Source: a virus (Duplodnaviria; Heunggongvirae; Uroviricota; Caudoviricetes). Taken from it: a DNA stretch of 27,433 nt. Shown here one piece after another: positions 1 to 8,216 of the stretch. Below the pieces are notes generated by a model that was given only the letters and a program-made list of their open reading frames with translations, made no database searches and was not told the origin of the DNA. The stretch lies in IMG/VR virus record IMGVR_UViG_3300029042_000255, one strand, 5' to 3'. The position numbers were made by a program, and so were the translations under genes. Position 1 is the stretch's first letter; every line of letters begins with the position of its first letter.

Positions 1-1092
1 AATCAGACCAAAGGCTTCGTTGAAAATCCTCAGCGCATTAACACCACGGATTTTCAGTTCCCCGGTCATGGTGTCGCCGTCACGCTCAACAGCGCCTTTT
101 GCCTTATCCATTGCGGCTTTTACTGCCTTTGATGTGGCGGCGCGGTCTTCTGCATTGCTGTCTGTGTCATTACTGTACTGAGCAAACCCCTTTTCGTTCA
201 GTGTGGCATCCGGATGTCTGCGGGATTTTTCATGATCTGCCAGCGCATTGCTTTGTTCTTCATCGGGCGTCTGTGGACGTAAATCCTGTAAGCCTTCTGA
301 TGTCAGTTTCGCAAGTGGCGCGACAAAGTGTCGGAAGCCGTTACCGTCTGTATAAGACGCATGTTCCTGGCGGGCGCAGAACGTAAAAACGGTATTCCAT
401 TCGCCGGTAACAAATCCCTGCCAGCTTGCATCAATCCAGAGGGTATCCCCGACCGCAGCCGGCAGGCTGTAAGGTTCGCGCAGACTGACGCGCAGACCTC
501 CCACATAACCCACGCCGGCGGCAACAGTAGCGGTACCATCCTGATAGCTGACCTGAAAACCATCCCCCAGAAAAGCGGCTTCACCGTAGTGATCAAACGC
601 CAGCAGCCGGCGGGCCTCATCCATTCCTGCAAGGCGTGCAGTGAAATCAATCTGCCAGACATCAGCACTGACATCGATATGCATTGCTGCGGCTGCGCCG
701 TCAAACTCCATGGAAAATGTGCGGATCAGGTTGTTTCCCTGTACGCCGTTCGCTGTTTTAATTTTTTGCTGACGAGGTGTGTGTGCAATCATGCAGAGCA
801 CGCCGCTTTCTTCGTTCAGCAGACCGATCCAGTTGTATTCGAAGTCGCCGACTGTCGTGTCCAGAATGATGGAAAACGCGGTCGCGTTCGGCGACAGGAG
901 GCCGTACTGGGTGACCGGCGCACGATACTGAATCATGGATTCATCAGGGAGTATCTCATCGCGGGGGATCTCTGCGGATTCATCCTGTCCCGGAATATAT
1001 GCAAAAACAAATGTATCCGGGCGCGCAGGTTTTCCACTGATGAGCTGATTCGCACACCAGTGTTCGTACTGTTCAGTAATAATCGTGCTCAT
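1..1092 (-). CDS. tail fibre protein (P2 gpH / Mu S-like), N-terminal part; gene runs off the left edge of the window
   Basis: ATG at 1092..1090 overlaps the stop of the upstream gene (ATGA). I hand-translated the start (MSTIITEQYEHWCANQ...) and positions 1-330, which are open in this frame and give ...HEKSRRHPDATLNEKGFAQYSNDTDSNAEDRAATSKAVKAAMDKAKGAVERDGDTMTGELKIRG..., matching the conserved P2 H / Mu S tail-fibre motif. Absent from the ORF track because no stop lies inside the window; the middle of the frame was not translated codon by codon. Confidence 0.7.
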   Translation of the reverse strand, partial: MSTIITEQYEHWCANQLISGKPARPDTFVFAYIPGQDESAEIPRDEILPDESMIQYRAPVTQYGLLSPNATAFSIILDTTVGDFEYNWIGLLNEESGVLCMIAHTPRQQKIKTANGVQGNNLIRTFSMEFDGAAAAMHIDVSADVWQIDFTARLAGMDEARRLLAFDHYGEAAFLGDGFQVSYQDGTATVAAGVGYVGGLRVSLREPYSLPAAVGDTLWIDASWQGFVTGEWNTVFTFCARQEHASYTDGNGFRHFVAPLAKLTSEGLQDLRPQTPDEEQSNALADHEKSRRHPDATLNEKGFAQYSNDTDSNAEDRAATSKAVKAAMDKAKGAVERDGDTMTGELKIRGVNALRIFNEAFGLI

Positions 1093-1724
1093 GCTTCGTC
1101 TGCCTGTAATGTGTAATGCTCCACGGACAGGCCGTAATGTCCTGCCTGTAGCGAAGCGGTTAACCAGATGGTGTCCTTTCTCACCGTTGCTTCTGCTGTG
1201 TGATACCTGTAATGGCCATCAAATGTGCCGGCTGTCAGCCGGGCAGTGGTTGTATTGATTACCTGAAAGAAATAACGCCTGCAGGTACGACCATACTGGC
1301 GCACGAGCTGCATCATCAGCGCGTTGTTTTCACTTAACTGGGTGTCATTAATGCGCAGTAAAATAACGTCCCAGTCATGCTGCAGTTGCCGTTCCAGTGT
1401 TTTAACGTCTCCCACGCCAAGACGCTTAAAGATGCGTTCGAAGCCGGCGCGTTCGCCAGAGTCCTGAGCGTTAATAAACGCGTGTTTCACTCTTAAGCGA
1501 AATAACGAAACCGGCTCACCTTTAAATCGGGTGATATTGCGCTGATAAGCCAGCAGGTTAAGTAAAGGCTCTGCACAGGTGTCGACATCAATCTGCTGTA
1601 GTGGCCACGTCAGCCAGCTGTATACCTTTTCCCAGTAGCGATGCGATGAATGTGCCAGCGTTAACGGCTCGCCTTTATTCATCCAGGTGGGGAGCGGGAA
1701 TTCAGGGATCTCCGGAAGTTTCAC
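1089..1724 (-). CDS. baseplate assembly protein, P2 gpI-like
   Basis: 211-aa ORF. GTG start at 1724 overlaps the J-like stop (GTGA) and has a GGAGGTG SD 5 nt upstream; an ATG 14 codons in is the alternative. DTC..LL and WL.W motifs recall P2 gpI. Position between J-like and fibre genes fits. Confidence 0.6.
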   Translation of the reverse strand: MKLPEIPEFPLPTWMNKGEPLTLAHSSHRYWEKVYSWLTWPLQQIDVDTCAEPLLNLLAYQRNITRFKGEPVSLFRLRVKHAFINAQDSGERAGFERIFKRLGVGDVKTLERQLQHDWDVILLRINDTQLSENNALMMQLVRQYGRTCRRYFFQVINTTTARLTAGTFDGHYRYHTAEATVRKDTIWLTASLQAGHYGLSVEHYTLQADEA

Positions 1725-2905
1725 GCGCTCACCTCCACAGCAAGGGATTCCAGACGAGGAACGGCTAGATCACTGAGAATATCCGGAAGAGAAAATGTAA
1801 CCGACTCCACCTGTGGAAATACCTGGTGGATCTCTTCGCCCAGTCTGGACATGCTGAAACGGCTATACGGCCATGTTTTCTGAACGTCATAATCGCTGTT
1901 TTCTCGAAATGCACAGCGAACCAGATTTTCCACATTGCGCAATAACGTCTGAATTTCCTCATCGCTGAGGTTCAGCGTTGCATACAACCAGAGTGTCACG
2001 GTCAGGGGGTGGCGTGTTTCGGGTATGGAAAAACAGCGCAGATCATCACCGTGTCCGTGATGACCTTCATCGTTAATGAATGCGTTTACGGCATCAACGA
2101 ACGGTTCGGATGCGATACCGGTATCCAGCAGAATGTAAGCATTTGCTGTGCCGGGGCCGCGTGGTGCGTCATGCAGAAAATAGATGCGGTCGGCACTGAT
2201 ACCTGCAACGCCGGCAATTAATCCCCGGTAAACAGCATCTGTGTGATAAGCGCCGGCAAGGTTAAACTGATTGCGAACACGATCACGCAGCTCGTCATCG
2301 CTTTCTTCGTTGGCACCCGGTGTGGTCAGCCAGTTTTCATCGTTCTCAACACCGGCAATACCATCAATCGCCACCGGAAGGATGCGGTAATATCCCGGCG
2401 CAAGGTTAAAGCCGGCTCCGGCCTGTTCCGCAGAAACATCGATGTTCATGCTGAGTGTTCCTGCCGGAATAACGGTATCCCTGACAACGGTCAGCGTATA
2501 AATTACGCCGTTAATGCGTTCTGTCTGAATCTGCGTACCGGCCGACACGGTAACTGCGCGATCAATGTCGTTTTTGGTGAAACGAATCACGCCGGCTGCG
2601 TGCGTGGCGGCCTTGCGTTGCAGGTTTACCGCCCAGGCAAAAACATCAACGAATACACCGCTGGCATCAGCCAGAAACAGGTTTTTCATCACCACATTAA
2701 CCAGCGCATCTTTCAGCCACATCACGGGTTTTGTGGTGATAGCTGTAATCAGTCGCCAGAACGGCGACATGCGGGATGTGTTGGTGATAAGCCCTTCGTC
2801 TTTGACAATGGCTTCAAATTCAGCACGTGCCTGTTCTTCGGTTACCGGCATGCCATTATCAGCCAGAATGCGCTCGTAATCTGCGGTAGGTTTGCCGTTA
2901 ATCAT
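1721..2905 (-). CDS. baseplate J-like protein (P2 gpJ / Mu gp47 family)
   Basis: About 394 aa with the baseplate-J hallmark acidic motif (TTPGANEESDDELRDRVRNQF). ATG at 2905 (track start 2908 is TTG). Overlaps upstream gene by 8 nt. Confidence 0.7.
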   Translation of the reverse strand: MINGKPTADYERILADNGMPVTEEQARAEFEAIVKDEGLITNTSRMSPFWRLITAITTKPVMWLKDALVNVVMKNLFLADASGVFVDVFAWAVNLQRKAATHAAGVIRFTKNDIDRAVTVSAGTQIQTERINGVIYTLTVVRDTVIPAGTLSMNIDVSAEQAGAGFNLAPGYYRILPVAIDGIAGVENDENWLTTPGANEESDDELRDRVRNQFNLAGAYHTDAVYRGLIAGVAGISADRIYFLHDAPRGPGTANAYILLDTGIASEPFVDAVNAFINDEGHHGHGDDLRCFSIPETRHPLTVTLWLYATLNLSDEEIQTLLRNVENLVRCAFRENSDYDVQKTWPYSRFSMSRLGEEIHQVFPQVESVTFSLPDILSDLAVPRLESLAVEVSA

Positions 2906-3248
2906 CAAGAGATACCGTAAAAGTCAGGGGTTCAAAAAAATCTTCGGTGTGGGCGCTAATCAGCAGGCGACCAGAAAGCGGGGTTTCTTCTGTCACACTG
3001 ACCGTGCCAGGTGTGATGCGCTCATCATCTTCAATCAGCAGTGTCATCTGCATCATGATGTCGGCACGAAGCGTCGGGCTTTTTTCAGCCAGCAGGCGCG
3101 TTGCCAGTCCGCTCTCAATGATGGCGTGCTGGCAGTCCTGGGCAATACTTTCCCTGTTGTTGCATAACACCGGCTCACTGGCGCTGTTCAGCGTGAGATT
3201 GCGGCCGGTGATGAGCAAATCAATGTAAAGCGGTTTATCAGTATGCAT
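2898..3248 (-). CDS. small tail/baseplate protein of uncertain family (position of gp25/gpW-like wedge protein)
   Basis: 116 aa from ATG at 3248 (GGAG 4 nt upstream), overlapping the tape-measure stop by 11 nt. Assignment is by position only; I do not recognise a gp25 signature. Confidence 0.4.
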   Translation of the reverse strand: MHTDKPLYIDLLITGRNLTLNSASEPVLCNNRESIAQDCQHAIIESGLATRLLAEKSPTLRADIMMQMTLLIEDDERITPGTVSVTEETPLSGRLLISAHTEDFFEPLTFTVSLDD

Positions 3249-5334
3249 GCAGCTCCATCCACTCGTTAAGACGGGCAGGGGATGGATCCTGCACATTGAC
3301 GTTGACCACACGACGGGAGTTGTCGATGGTGGTCTGGTTTTCGCTGTTGTTCTGCATTTCTGCCGCAATGCCACCCGGCCCCGCGCTGATGGCTTTACCG
3401 CCGGTTAATACGGAGCCTTCGCCACTTCCTGTGCTTTCTGATGTGCCGATGTTAACGCCGGGGATCATGTTGAGTTTGTCCACAATCCAGCCCCATGAAT
3501 CACTGAAGGACTGTTTCACCAGTTCCCAGAGGTTGCTGAAAATATTCAGTATGCCACCCGCGAGATCCTTCAGGGCATCCAGTGGTGAATGGGTGGAAAA
3601 ATAGTTAACCAGTGCATTCCAGCCATCCCTGATTGCACTCCATGCATTGCCGAACCACGCCCCCATGCTGTTAATGATGCCGGCAACCCACTGAAATGCA
3701 GCGGTATCCATCAGTGCAGCTTTGATTTCATCCCAGCGGGTGATCAGGAAATAAATGCCCACGCCCAGCGCAGCCAGTGCCAGGATGATTAATGTGATGG
3801 GGCTGAAAAGTAACTGTGTTGCAATTGCGGCTCCGCTGGTGACTGCGGTGTAGATTTTCATTGCTATGCCGGCGGCACCCAGCGCAACAGAATAAAGCCA
3901 GAGTCCGGCGCGCTGTAATTTCAGCAGCGCCAGCTGAATTTTTGCTTTGACGTTGTATGTTCCCATAGCAATGGACATGGCCAGATACAGCGCCCTGACC
4001 GTTCGGGCAACTACAGTGAATGCCCACATGGTAGCCGTCAGTGTGCGTTTCAGCAGAATGAGAATCTTCAGCGGCGCAACGGCTGCCAGCCAGACCAGCC
4101 GCAGTCCTGTCCAGACAAACTTCGCCACACCCACCATAATGTTGACAACAGCACCCACTGCGGCAATGCCCAGCAGGGCGGCAGACAGTAAACCAATGGC
4201 CCGTGTGATATTGGGATACAGACGTAGCCAGGCAACAAAGGATTTACCGCCTTCGTTGCTTTTCTGGATAAACGGGTACAGAACAGGCAGCAACTGCGTG
4301 CCAATTTCGATGCGAATGCCGTTAATAATTGCAGCGGCCTGTTCCCATGGATCAGCCATGGCCTGCGCCATTTCGACAGCCTTATCCATACCTTTGATAT
4401 TGCCCAGCGTGGCGATATTCTTTTCAAGTCCGCCAATGTCCGCATTGAGTAATTTAATCATGGCCACAGCTTCATCGGAGCCAAAGGCGCTTTTCAGCAA
4501 ATCGGAATCAGCCACTTTTGACAGATCACCAAATTTACCCCTGATAAGTTTCATGATCTCGACAACACTTTTCATCGTGCCGTCTTTATTCACGAAATTA
4601 AGCCCCAGCTTTTTCTGGGCGCTGCCTACTGCGGCAAGAAATGCCTTGTACTTTGTCCCGGCCTCGCTGCCACTCATGGTGGCCTGAAGTTGTCCCAGCA
4701 CGGCGAACTGTTCAGCCGCATCAATACCGGCCGCTTTTGCACTGGCACCCAGCGTGGTGAACGCCGCTGACATGTTATCGCCGGTTGTTTTAAACATTTG
4801 CACGGCGGTGGCGGTTTGCCCGGCGACCTGCTCCACCCATTTGCTTTTTCCCATGGCATCAGCCTGGTCTTTAAAGATGCCGTACATGGTGCCCATGTAG
4901 GCGGTAATGGTCTGGCTGCTGGATTTGGTTGCTGCTGCTACCGTTGCTGATGCGGTGGTGAAGCGGGACAGCTCATCATCAGTTAACCCGGCAATGGCTG
5001 ACTGGATGTCGTAAGAAGCACGCACAAAATCCTGCGCAGCCCCGCCGTATTCCATAGTGAAATCAACGGCGGCGCGGCTGAGTTTACGCAATCCGGACTC
5101 TGCGACGCCCAGTGATTTCACCTCACCGAGCGCCCTGTCCATTTCAATGGCTGGCATCAGTGCCCCCTGAATGGCTGCACCCACTCCCCAGAGCGCAGCG
5201 CCTCCGGTAGCAATGTCCCGAAAGGCTCCCCGACTTGTTGCAGCAAATCCCTGAACCTGTCGCCCGGCTGCACGCAACGGCCTTGTCAGGCGGTCTGTCA
5301 GTTCAAGAAGTAATTCAAGGCGCTGTTGTGACAT
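3238..5334 (-). CDS. tail tape measure protein
   Basis: 698 aa, Ala/Gly-rich helical N-terminal half, a central block of several hydrophobic transmembrane-like segments, C-terminal G/S-rich region. AAGGGA SD 5 nt upstream of ATG. Immediately downstream of a chaperone gene with a frameshift site. Confidence 0.85.
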   Translation of the reverse strand: MSQQRLELLLELTDRLTRPLRAAGRQVQGFAATSRGAFRDIATGGAALWGVGAAIQGALMPAIEMDRALGEVKSLGVAESGLRKLSRAAVDFTMEYGGAAQDFVRASYDIQSAIAGLTDDELSRFTTASATVAAATKSSSQTITAYMGTMYGIFKDQADAMGKSKWVEQVAGQTATAVQMFKTTGDNMSAAFTTLGASAKAAGIDAAEQFAVLGQLQATMSGSEAGTKYKAFLAAVGSAQKKLGLNFVNKDGTMKSVVEIMKLIRGKFGDLSKVADSDLLKSAFGSDEAVAMIKLLNADIGGLEKNIATLGNIKGMDKAVEMAQAMADPWEQAAAIINGIRIEIGTQLLPVLYPFIQKSNEGGKSFVAWLRLYPNITRAIGLLSAALLGIAAVGAVVNIMVGVAKFVWTGLRLVWLAAVAPLKILILLKRTLTATMWAFTVVARTVRALYLAMSIAMGTYNVKAKIQLALLKLQRAGLWLYSVALGAAGIAMKIYTAVTSGAAIATQLLFSPITLIILALAALGVGIYFLITRWDEIKAALMDTAAFQWVAGIINSMGAWFGNAWSAIRDGWNALVNYFSTHSPLDALKDLAGGILNIFSNLWELVKQSFSDSWGWIVDKLNMIPGVNIGTSESTGSGEGSVLTGGKAISAGPGGIAAEMQNNSENQTTIDNSRRVVNVNVQDPSPARLNEWMELHAY

Positions 5335-5380
5335 TACGATCCCTTAAAAGCACGGATAATGCCGTTATTGACGGCGATGC

Positions 5381-5781
5381 TCATATTTTCCCAGTAGTGG
5401 TTATCCAGCCAGACGGGGCCAGCCAGTGGCGGCGCAGAATCAGCATCCGGGTAAGGTCATTGCGATCAATGGCCCCCAGATGGCTTTTTATTTTTTTACG
5501 GTGATTTCCACTTCCGGCACAAACTCGTTATTCACGGCTGTTGCCAGGCTGGCCGGCATTCCTGGTTTTTCCAGCAACTGGTTCAGCAGATCGCGGTGCT
5601 CTTTAATCACGATACGGCGCAGGTAGTTTTTCAGCGGCGCGATTTTGTTATCCGGCATGAAGTCGTTCTGCAGGTCGTTGTAGGCTTTTACGGTCGGGAT
5701 AAACGTCAGTTCATGTTCGCCGACCTGTAAAGTGATGGTGTTCTCTGCGGTAGTCTGGGTGTTTTTATCGTTCATCATCAT
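5381..5781 (-). CDS. predicted -1 frameshift product of the tail assembly chaperone (E+E' / G-T analogue)
   Basis: Slippery A AAA AAA heptamer (plus-strand T7 run 5491-5497) sits immediately before the frame-0 TAA. Hand translation of the -1 frame continues for 36 codons (IKSHLGAIDRNDLTRMLILRRHWLAPSGWITTTGKI) to a TGA at 5381-5383, about 45 nt before the tape-measure ATG. Confidence 0.5.
5488..5781 (-). CDS. tail assembly chaperone (P2 gpE / lambda gpG analogue)
   Basis: 97-aa acidic ORF directly upstream of the tape measure. Three consecutive ATGs at 5781/5778/5775 with an AAGGA SD, so true start may be the 2nd or 3rd ATG. Ends ...GTA AAA AAA TAA. Confidence 0.65.
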   Translation of the reverse strand: MMMNDKNTQTTAENTITLQVGEHELTFIPTVKAYNDLQNDFMPDNKIAPLKNYLRRIVIKEHRDLLNQLLEKPGMPASLATAVNNEFVPEVEITVKK

Positions 5782-5807
5782 TTCCTTTTAAAGTCAAGAA
5801 TAAGAGG

Positions 5808-5839
5808 GCTTAATAAGCCTGCAGGAAGGCTTATTAAGC
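5808..5839 (-). promoter_or_regulatory. perfect 12-bp inverted repeat (GCTTAATAAGCC-N8-GGCTTATTAAGC) between endolysin stop and chaperone start
   Basis: Read directly; revcomp of the right arm equals the left arm. On the mRNA it lies just before the chaperone RBS; the downstream tract is only partly U-rich. Confidence 0.45.
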
Positions 5840-5845
5840 GTAAAA

Positions 5846-6187
5846 TCAGCGCACGCCGTCGTGCTCAAGGCTGAAATGATTGCCATCCGGGCGGTTTTTA
5901 AAACGACCGCCCCATGCGCCACCAAGGGATTCCCAGTACTCGCCCAGCTCGCGGTAGGCCTCTGTGCGGGTCTGATATTCACCGTTAATAAACAGATTAA
6001 AATCCACGGCCAGCCGCTGGCAGTGCAGGCTGTTGGCAATGCCGGATCCCTTTTGTGCGTTGAGTTTTGCCTGTTCTGGCGTGCGGTACGCCTCACCGAA
6101 CGTCAGGCCATAACCGCGCTGATGGGCAAACTGGATGAGTTTTCCGATCATGACGGTAAATTGTTGTTGCTTATCGGAGAGTTTCAT
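5846..6187 (-). CDS. endolysin, peptidase M15-like (LAS-type metallopeptidase)
   Basis: 113 aa. His...Asp (SLHCQRLAVD) and C-terminal His (DGNHFSLEH) arrangement resembles zinc ligands of small M15 phage endolysins. AAGGAG SD. Adjacent to a holin-like gene. Confidence 0.6.
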   Translation of the reverse strand: MKLSDKQQQFTVMIGKLIQFAHQRGYGLTFGEAYRTPEQAKLNAQKGSGIANSLHCQRLAVDFNLFINGEYQTRTEAYRELGEYWESLGGAWGGRFKNRPDGNHFSLEHDGVR

Positions 6188-6291
6188 TTTTGCTCCTTAT
6201 GAGGTTGCTGAGGTTTGCGCAGCCAGTACCACAGTGCCCGGATAATTTTCCAGGCAATGGCGGCAGCTTTTTGTTCCCTGCGGGACAGCAT
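6184..6291 (-). CDS. hypothetical 35-aa protein between holin-like and endolysin-like genes
   Basis: MLSRREQKAAAIAWKIIRALWYWLRKPQQPHKEQK. Strong AGAGGAG SD (inside the holin 3' end) 8 nt upstream of ATG. Its TGA overlaps the endolysin ATG (ATGA). Below the ORF-track size cutoff. Confidence 0.3.
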   Translation of the reverse strand: MLSRREQKAAAIAWKIIRALWYWLRKPQQPHKEQK

Positions 6292-6296
6292 TGCTG

Positions 6297-6593
6297 TTAC
6301 TCCTCTTTGTTCTCTTTCTCGCCCAGCTTCCGGCGCATATGACGCAGGAAGATTTCAACAATCTGGTAACCGGCAACGCCCATTGCGGTGCCTGCGCCGG
6401 CAATGGCCAGTGGGTCAAGGTTCGGGTAGCGAACCAGCAGGGCAGCGGCAGAAACACCCAGCGCGCTCCCCAGCAGGGTTCGGCCCACAAACAACCGCAA
6501 CGTAATCGGCTCTGCGCCAGCCAGCACCCGACTTGCGGCAGCGATTCCGCCCAGAATGCCCAGAGTGATAATGGTGCGCTCATGCTCCTGCAT
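6297..6593 (-). CDS. holin-like small membrane protein
   Basis: 98 aa with two to three hydrophobic helices (TIITLGILGGIAAAS, LLGSALGVSAAALLV, LAIAGAGTAMGVAGYQIV) and a charged C-terminal tail (RHMRRKLGEKENKEE). Immediately upstream of the endolysin-like gene. Confidence 0.55.
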   Translation of the reverse strand: MQEHERTIITLGILGGIAAASRVLAGAEPITLRLFVGRTLLGSALGVSAAALLVRYPNLDPLAIAGAGTAMGVAGYQIVEIFLRHMRRKLGEKENKEE

Positions 6594-6596
6594 GGT

Positions 6597-7052
6597 TCAC
6601 CCCATCAGTCCGCGCACGTCGTTCTCTGAGAGAACGGGCACGCCGTTGATACGCACAAAGTCAGGGCTTGCCACCACGTACTTGATTTTGTGCGTGGTCA
6701 GATCTGCGCTCTCGGTGTCAATGCTTAACAGGCCGGAAAGCATCAGCTCACAACCGAAGGCTTCAACGCGGATTTCTTCGGTTCCCGTATTGGCGTAAAA
6801 CACAAAATCCATTGGCGGCAGGTCACGCCACGATCCCGCCTGAGCAGCCACTTCCCCGAGCTGGTTAAAGCTGCGGGTACTCATTTCGATTTCACCTTCG
6901 GCACTGACAGGGCCGCGCAGTTTGCCGTCAGGGATGCCACGGGTTTTGGCAACGGCGCTTTCATCGCTGATGTCCAGTGAGATGCTTTTCACATGGATAT
7001 CCGTTCCACCGATAAAAGTGTCAAACGCCATGCCGTTAATGCGGGTCGTCAT
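6597..7052 (-). CDS. putative tail tube protein
   Basis: 151 aa. ATG overlaps the stop of the upstream putative sheath gene (ATGA). Assigned by size and position; no family signature recognised. Confidence 0.45.
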   Translation of the reverse strand: MTTRINGMAFDTFIGGTDIHVKSISLDISDESAVAKTRGIPDGKLRGPVSAEGEIEMSTRSFNQLGEVAAQAGSWRDLPPMDFVFYANTGTEEIRVEAFGCELMLSGLLSIDTESADLTTHKIKYVVASPDFVRINGVPVLSENDVRGLMG

Positions 7053-8197
7053 GCGTTTTCCTCCAGAGATTTATCCAGCTGAATGCCCACTTTGATGGTT
7101 TTAGGGCAGGCGTAAGGGCGGACGACAATGCTGATGCTGACCGTCTTTTCGTCCTGCCAGGTGATAACCACGTCGCCTTTTTTTGGGGATTTCACTTCAC
7201 CCGGAAACGTGATGCCGTTAATTTGCATGGATTTCGCCATAGCACGCAGTGGGCGGGCAAACAGCGTTTCATGTGCGGCAATGCTGCCCGGCGTGCTGTT
7301 CAGCGAGCGGTCGGCAATCTTGGGGATGGCCATCAGCCGCACGCGGCGCGCCACCTTATCAGCAATGCGGACATGCTCAATGACGTTGTAGTCCCCGCCT
7401 TCCACCTCAAGTGTTACACCGTCAGCCCAGTAAAGGCCGTCATAGTCGGCATACCACATGGGCACGCTGTAGCGGGCGGTTGCCAGTGCCTGCAGAGTGT
7501 CGAGATCAATTGCCTGCCCTGCGCTGTCTTTCGGGCGTTCCGTGGTCTTCAGTGCGGACAGCGCCCCGGTTGCCACACGCGCCGGACTGTCAGCAATGGT
7601 GACGGCGCTGTTACACAGACGGCCGGCAAGAACGCCCGGTTCAAATCCAAAAATTTCCGGAACCAGCATGATTTGCGGGGCGGCGATGCCTTCCTGTAGC
7701 GTGGTCAGTTCAGCAACGTAATCTGCCCAGGTTTTGCTGCCGTTATTGGCGGCAATGGTCAGAATGAACCAGATGCGGCGCTGATATTTATTGATGATGG
7801 TCTGACGTAACGCCTGTATGGCGTTGATGTCATCCTTCGTGCTGACCGGTTCGGTGATCACCACGCCTTCAACTGAAACAGTTTCCTGAGCCGCCAGTAT
7901 GGCGTTCTGCCATACCTGGCAGGCTGGCGTCGCTTCTTTGCCTTTGCCGGCTTCCGGCAGAACGGCAACATAGAAAAAGGCATTCTGTCCGGCATTGGTC
8001 AGCGCAGACCGAAGGAAGTTCTTCAGCGGGCTGGCGTTCGTTCCCAGTAGCTCATCCAGATCACTGTTGGCATTAACCGGCAGAACCTTACCTTTGTTGT
8101 TTTGTGCATTGCCCACAAACAGCAGCGTATTTTCCACGCCGTCCGGCGAGCTACTGAACGTGTTGTACTGTTCAATTGTGACAGATGGCCAGGTCAT
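7049..8197 (-). CDS. putative tail sheath protein (not obviously P2 FI-like)
   Basis: 383 aa from ATG at 8197 with AGGAGA SD (track ORF extends to 8329). Size and position upstream of the tube gene fit a sheath; I could not recognise P2 FI motifs. Confidence 0.4.
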   Translation of the reverse strand: MTWPSVTIEQYNTFSSSPDGVENTLLFVGNAQNNKGKVLPVNANSDLDELLGTNASPLKNFLRSALTNAGQNAFFYVAVLPEAGKGKEATPACQVWQNAILAAQETVSVEGVVITEPVSTKDDINAIQALRQTIINKYQRRIWFILTIAANNGSKTWADYVAELTTLQEGIAAPQIMLVPEIFGFEPGVLAGRLCNSAVTIADSPARVATGALSALKTTERPKDSAGQAIDLDTLQALATARYSVPMWYADYDGLYWADGVTLEVEGGDYNVIEHVRIADKVARRVRLMAIPKIADRSLNSTPGSIAAHETLFARPLRAMAKSMQINGITFPGEVKSPKKGDVVITWQDEKTVSISIVVRPYACPKTIKVGIQLDKSLEENA

Positions 8198-8216
8198 AAT
8201 TTGTCTCCTGATTTTG

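Noticed and set aside
328-1116. 262-aa plus-strand ORF (and 133-aa minus ORF 303..704) at the left end
   Set aside because: Cys/Arg-rich, non-protein-like translations lying antisense or out of frame to the tail-fibre reading frame, which carries a conserved fibre motif and a coupled start at 1092.
6197-6583. 128-aa minus-strand ORF overlapping the holin-like gene
   Set aside because: Trp/Cys-rich translation in an alternative frame of the holin gene; the holin frame has clear transmembrane helices.
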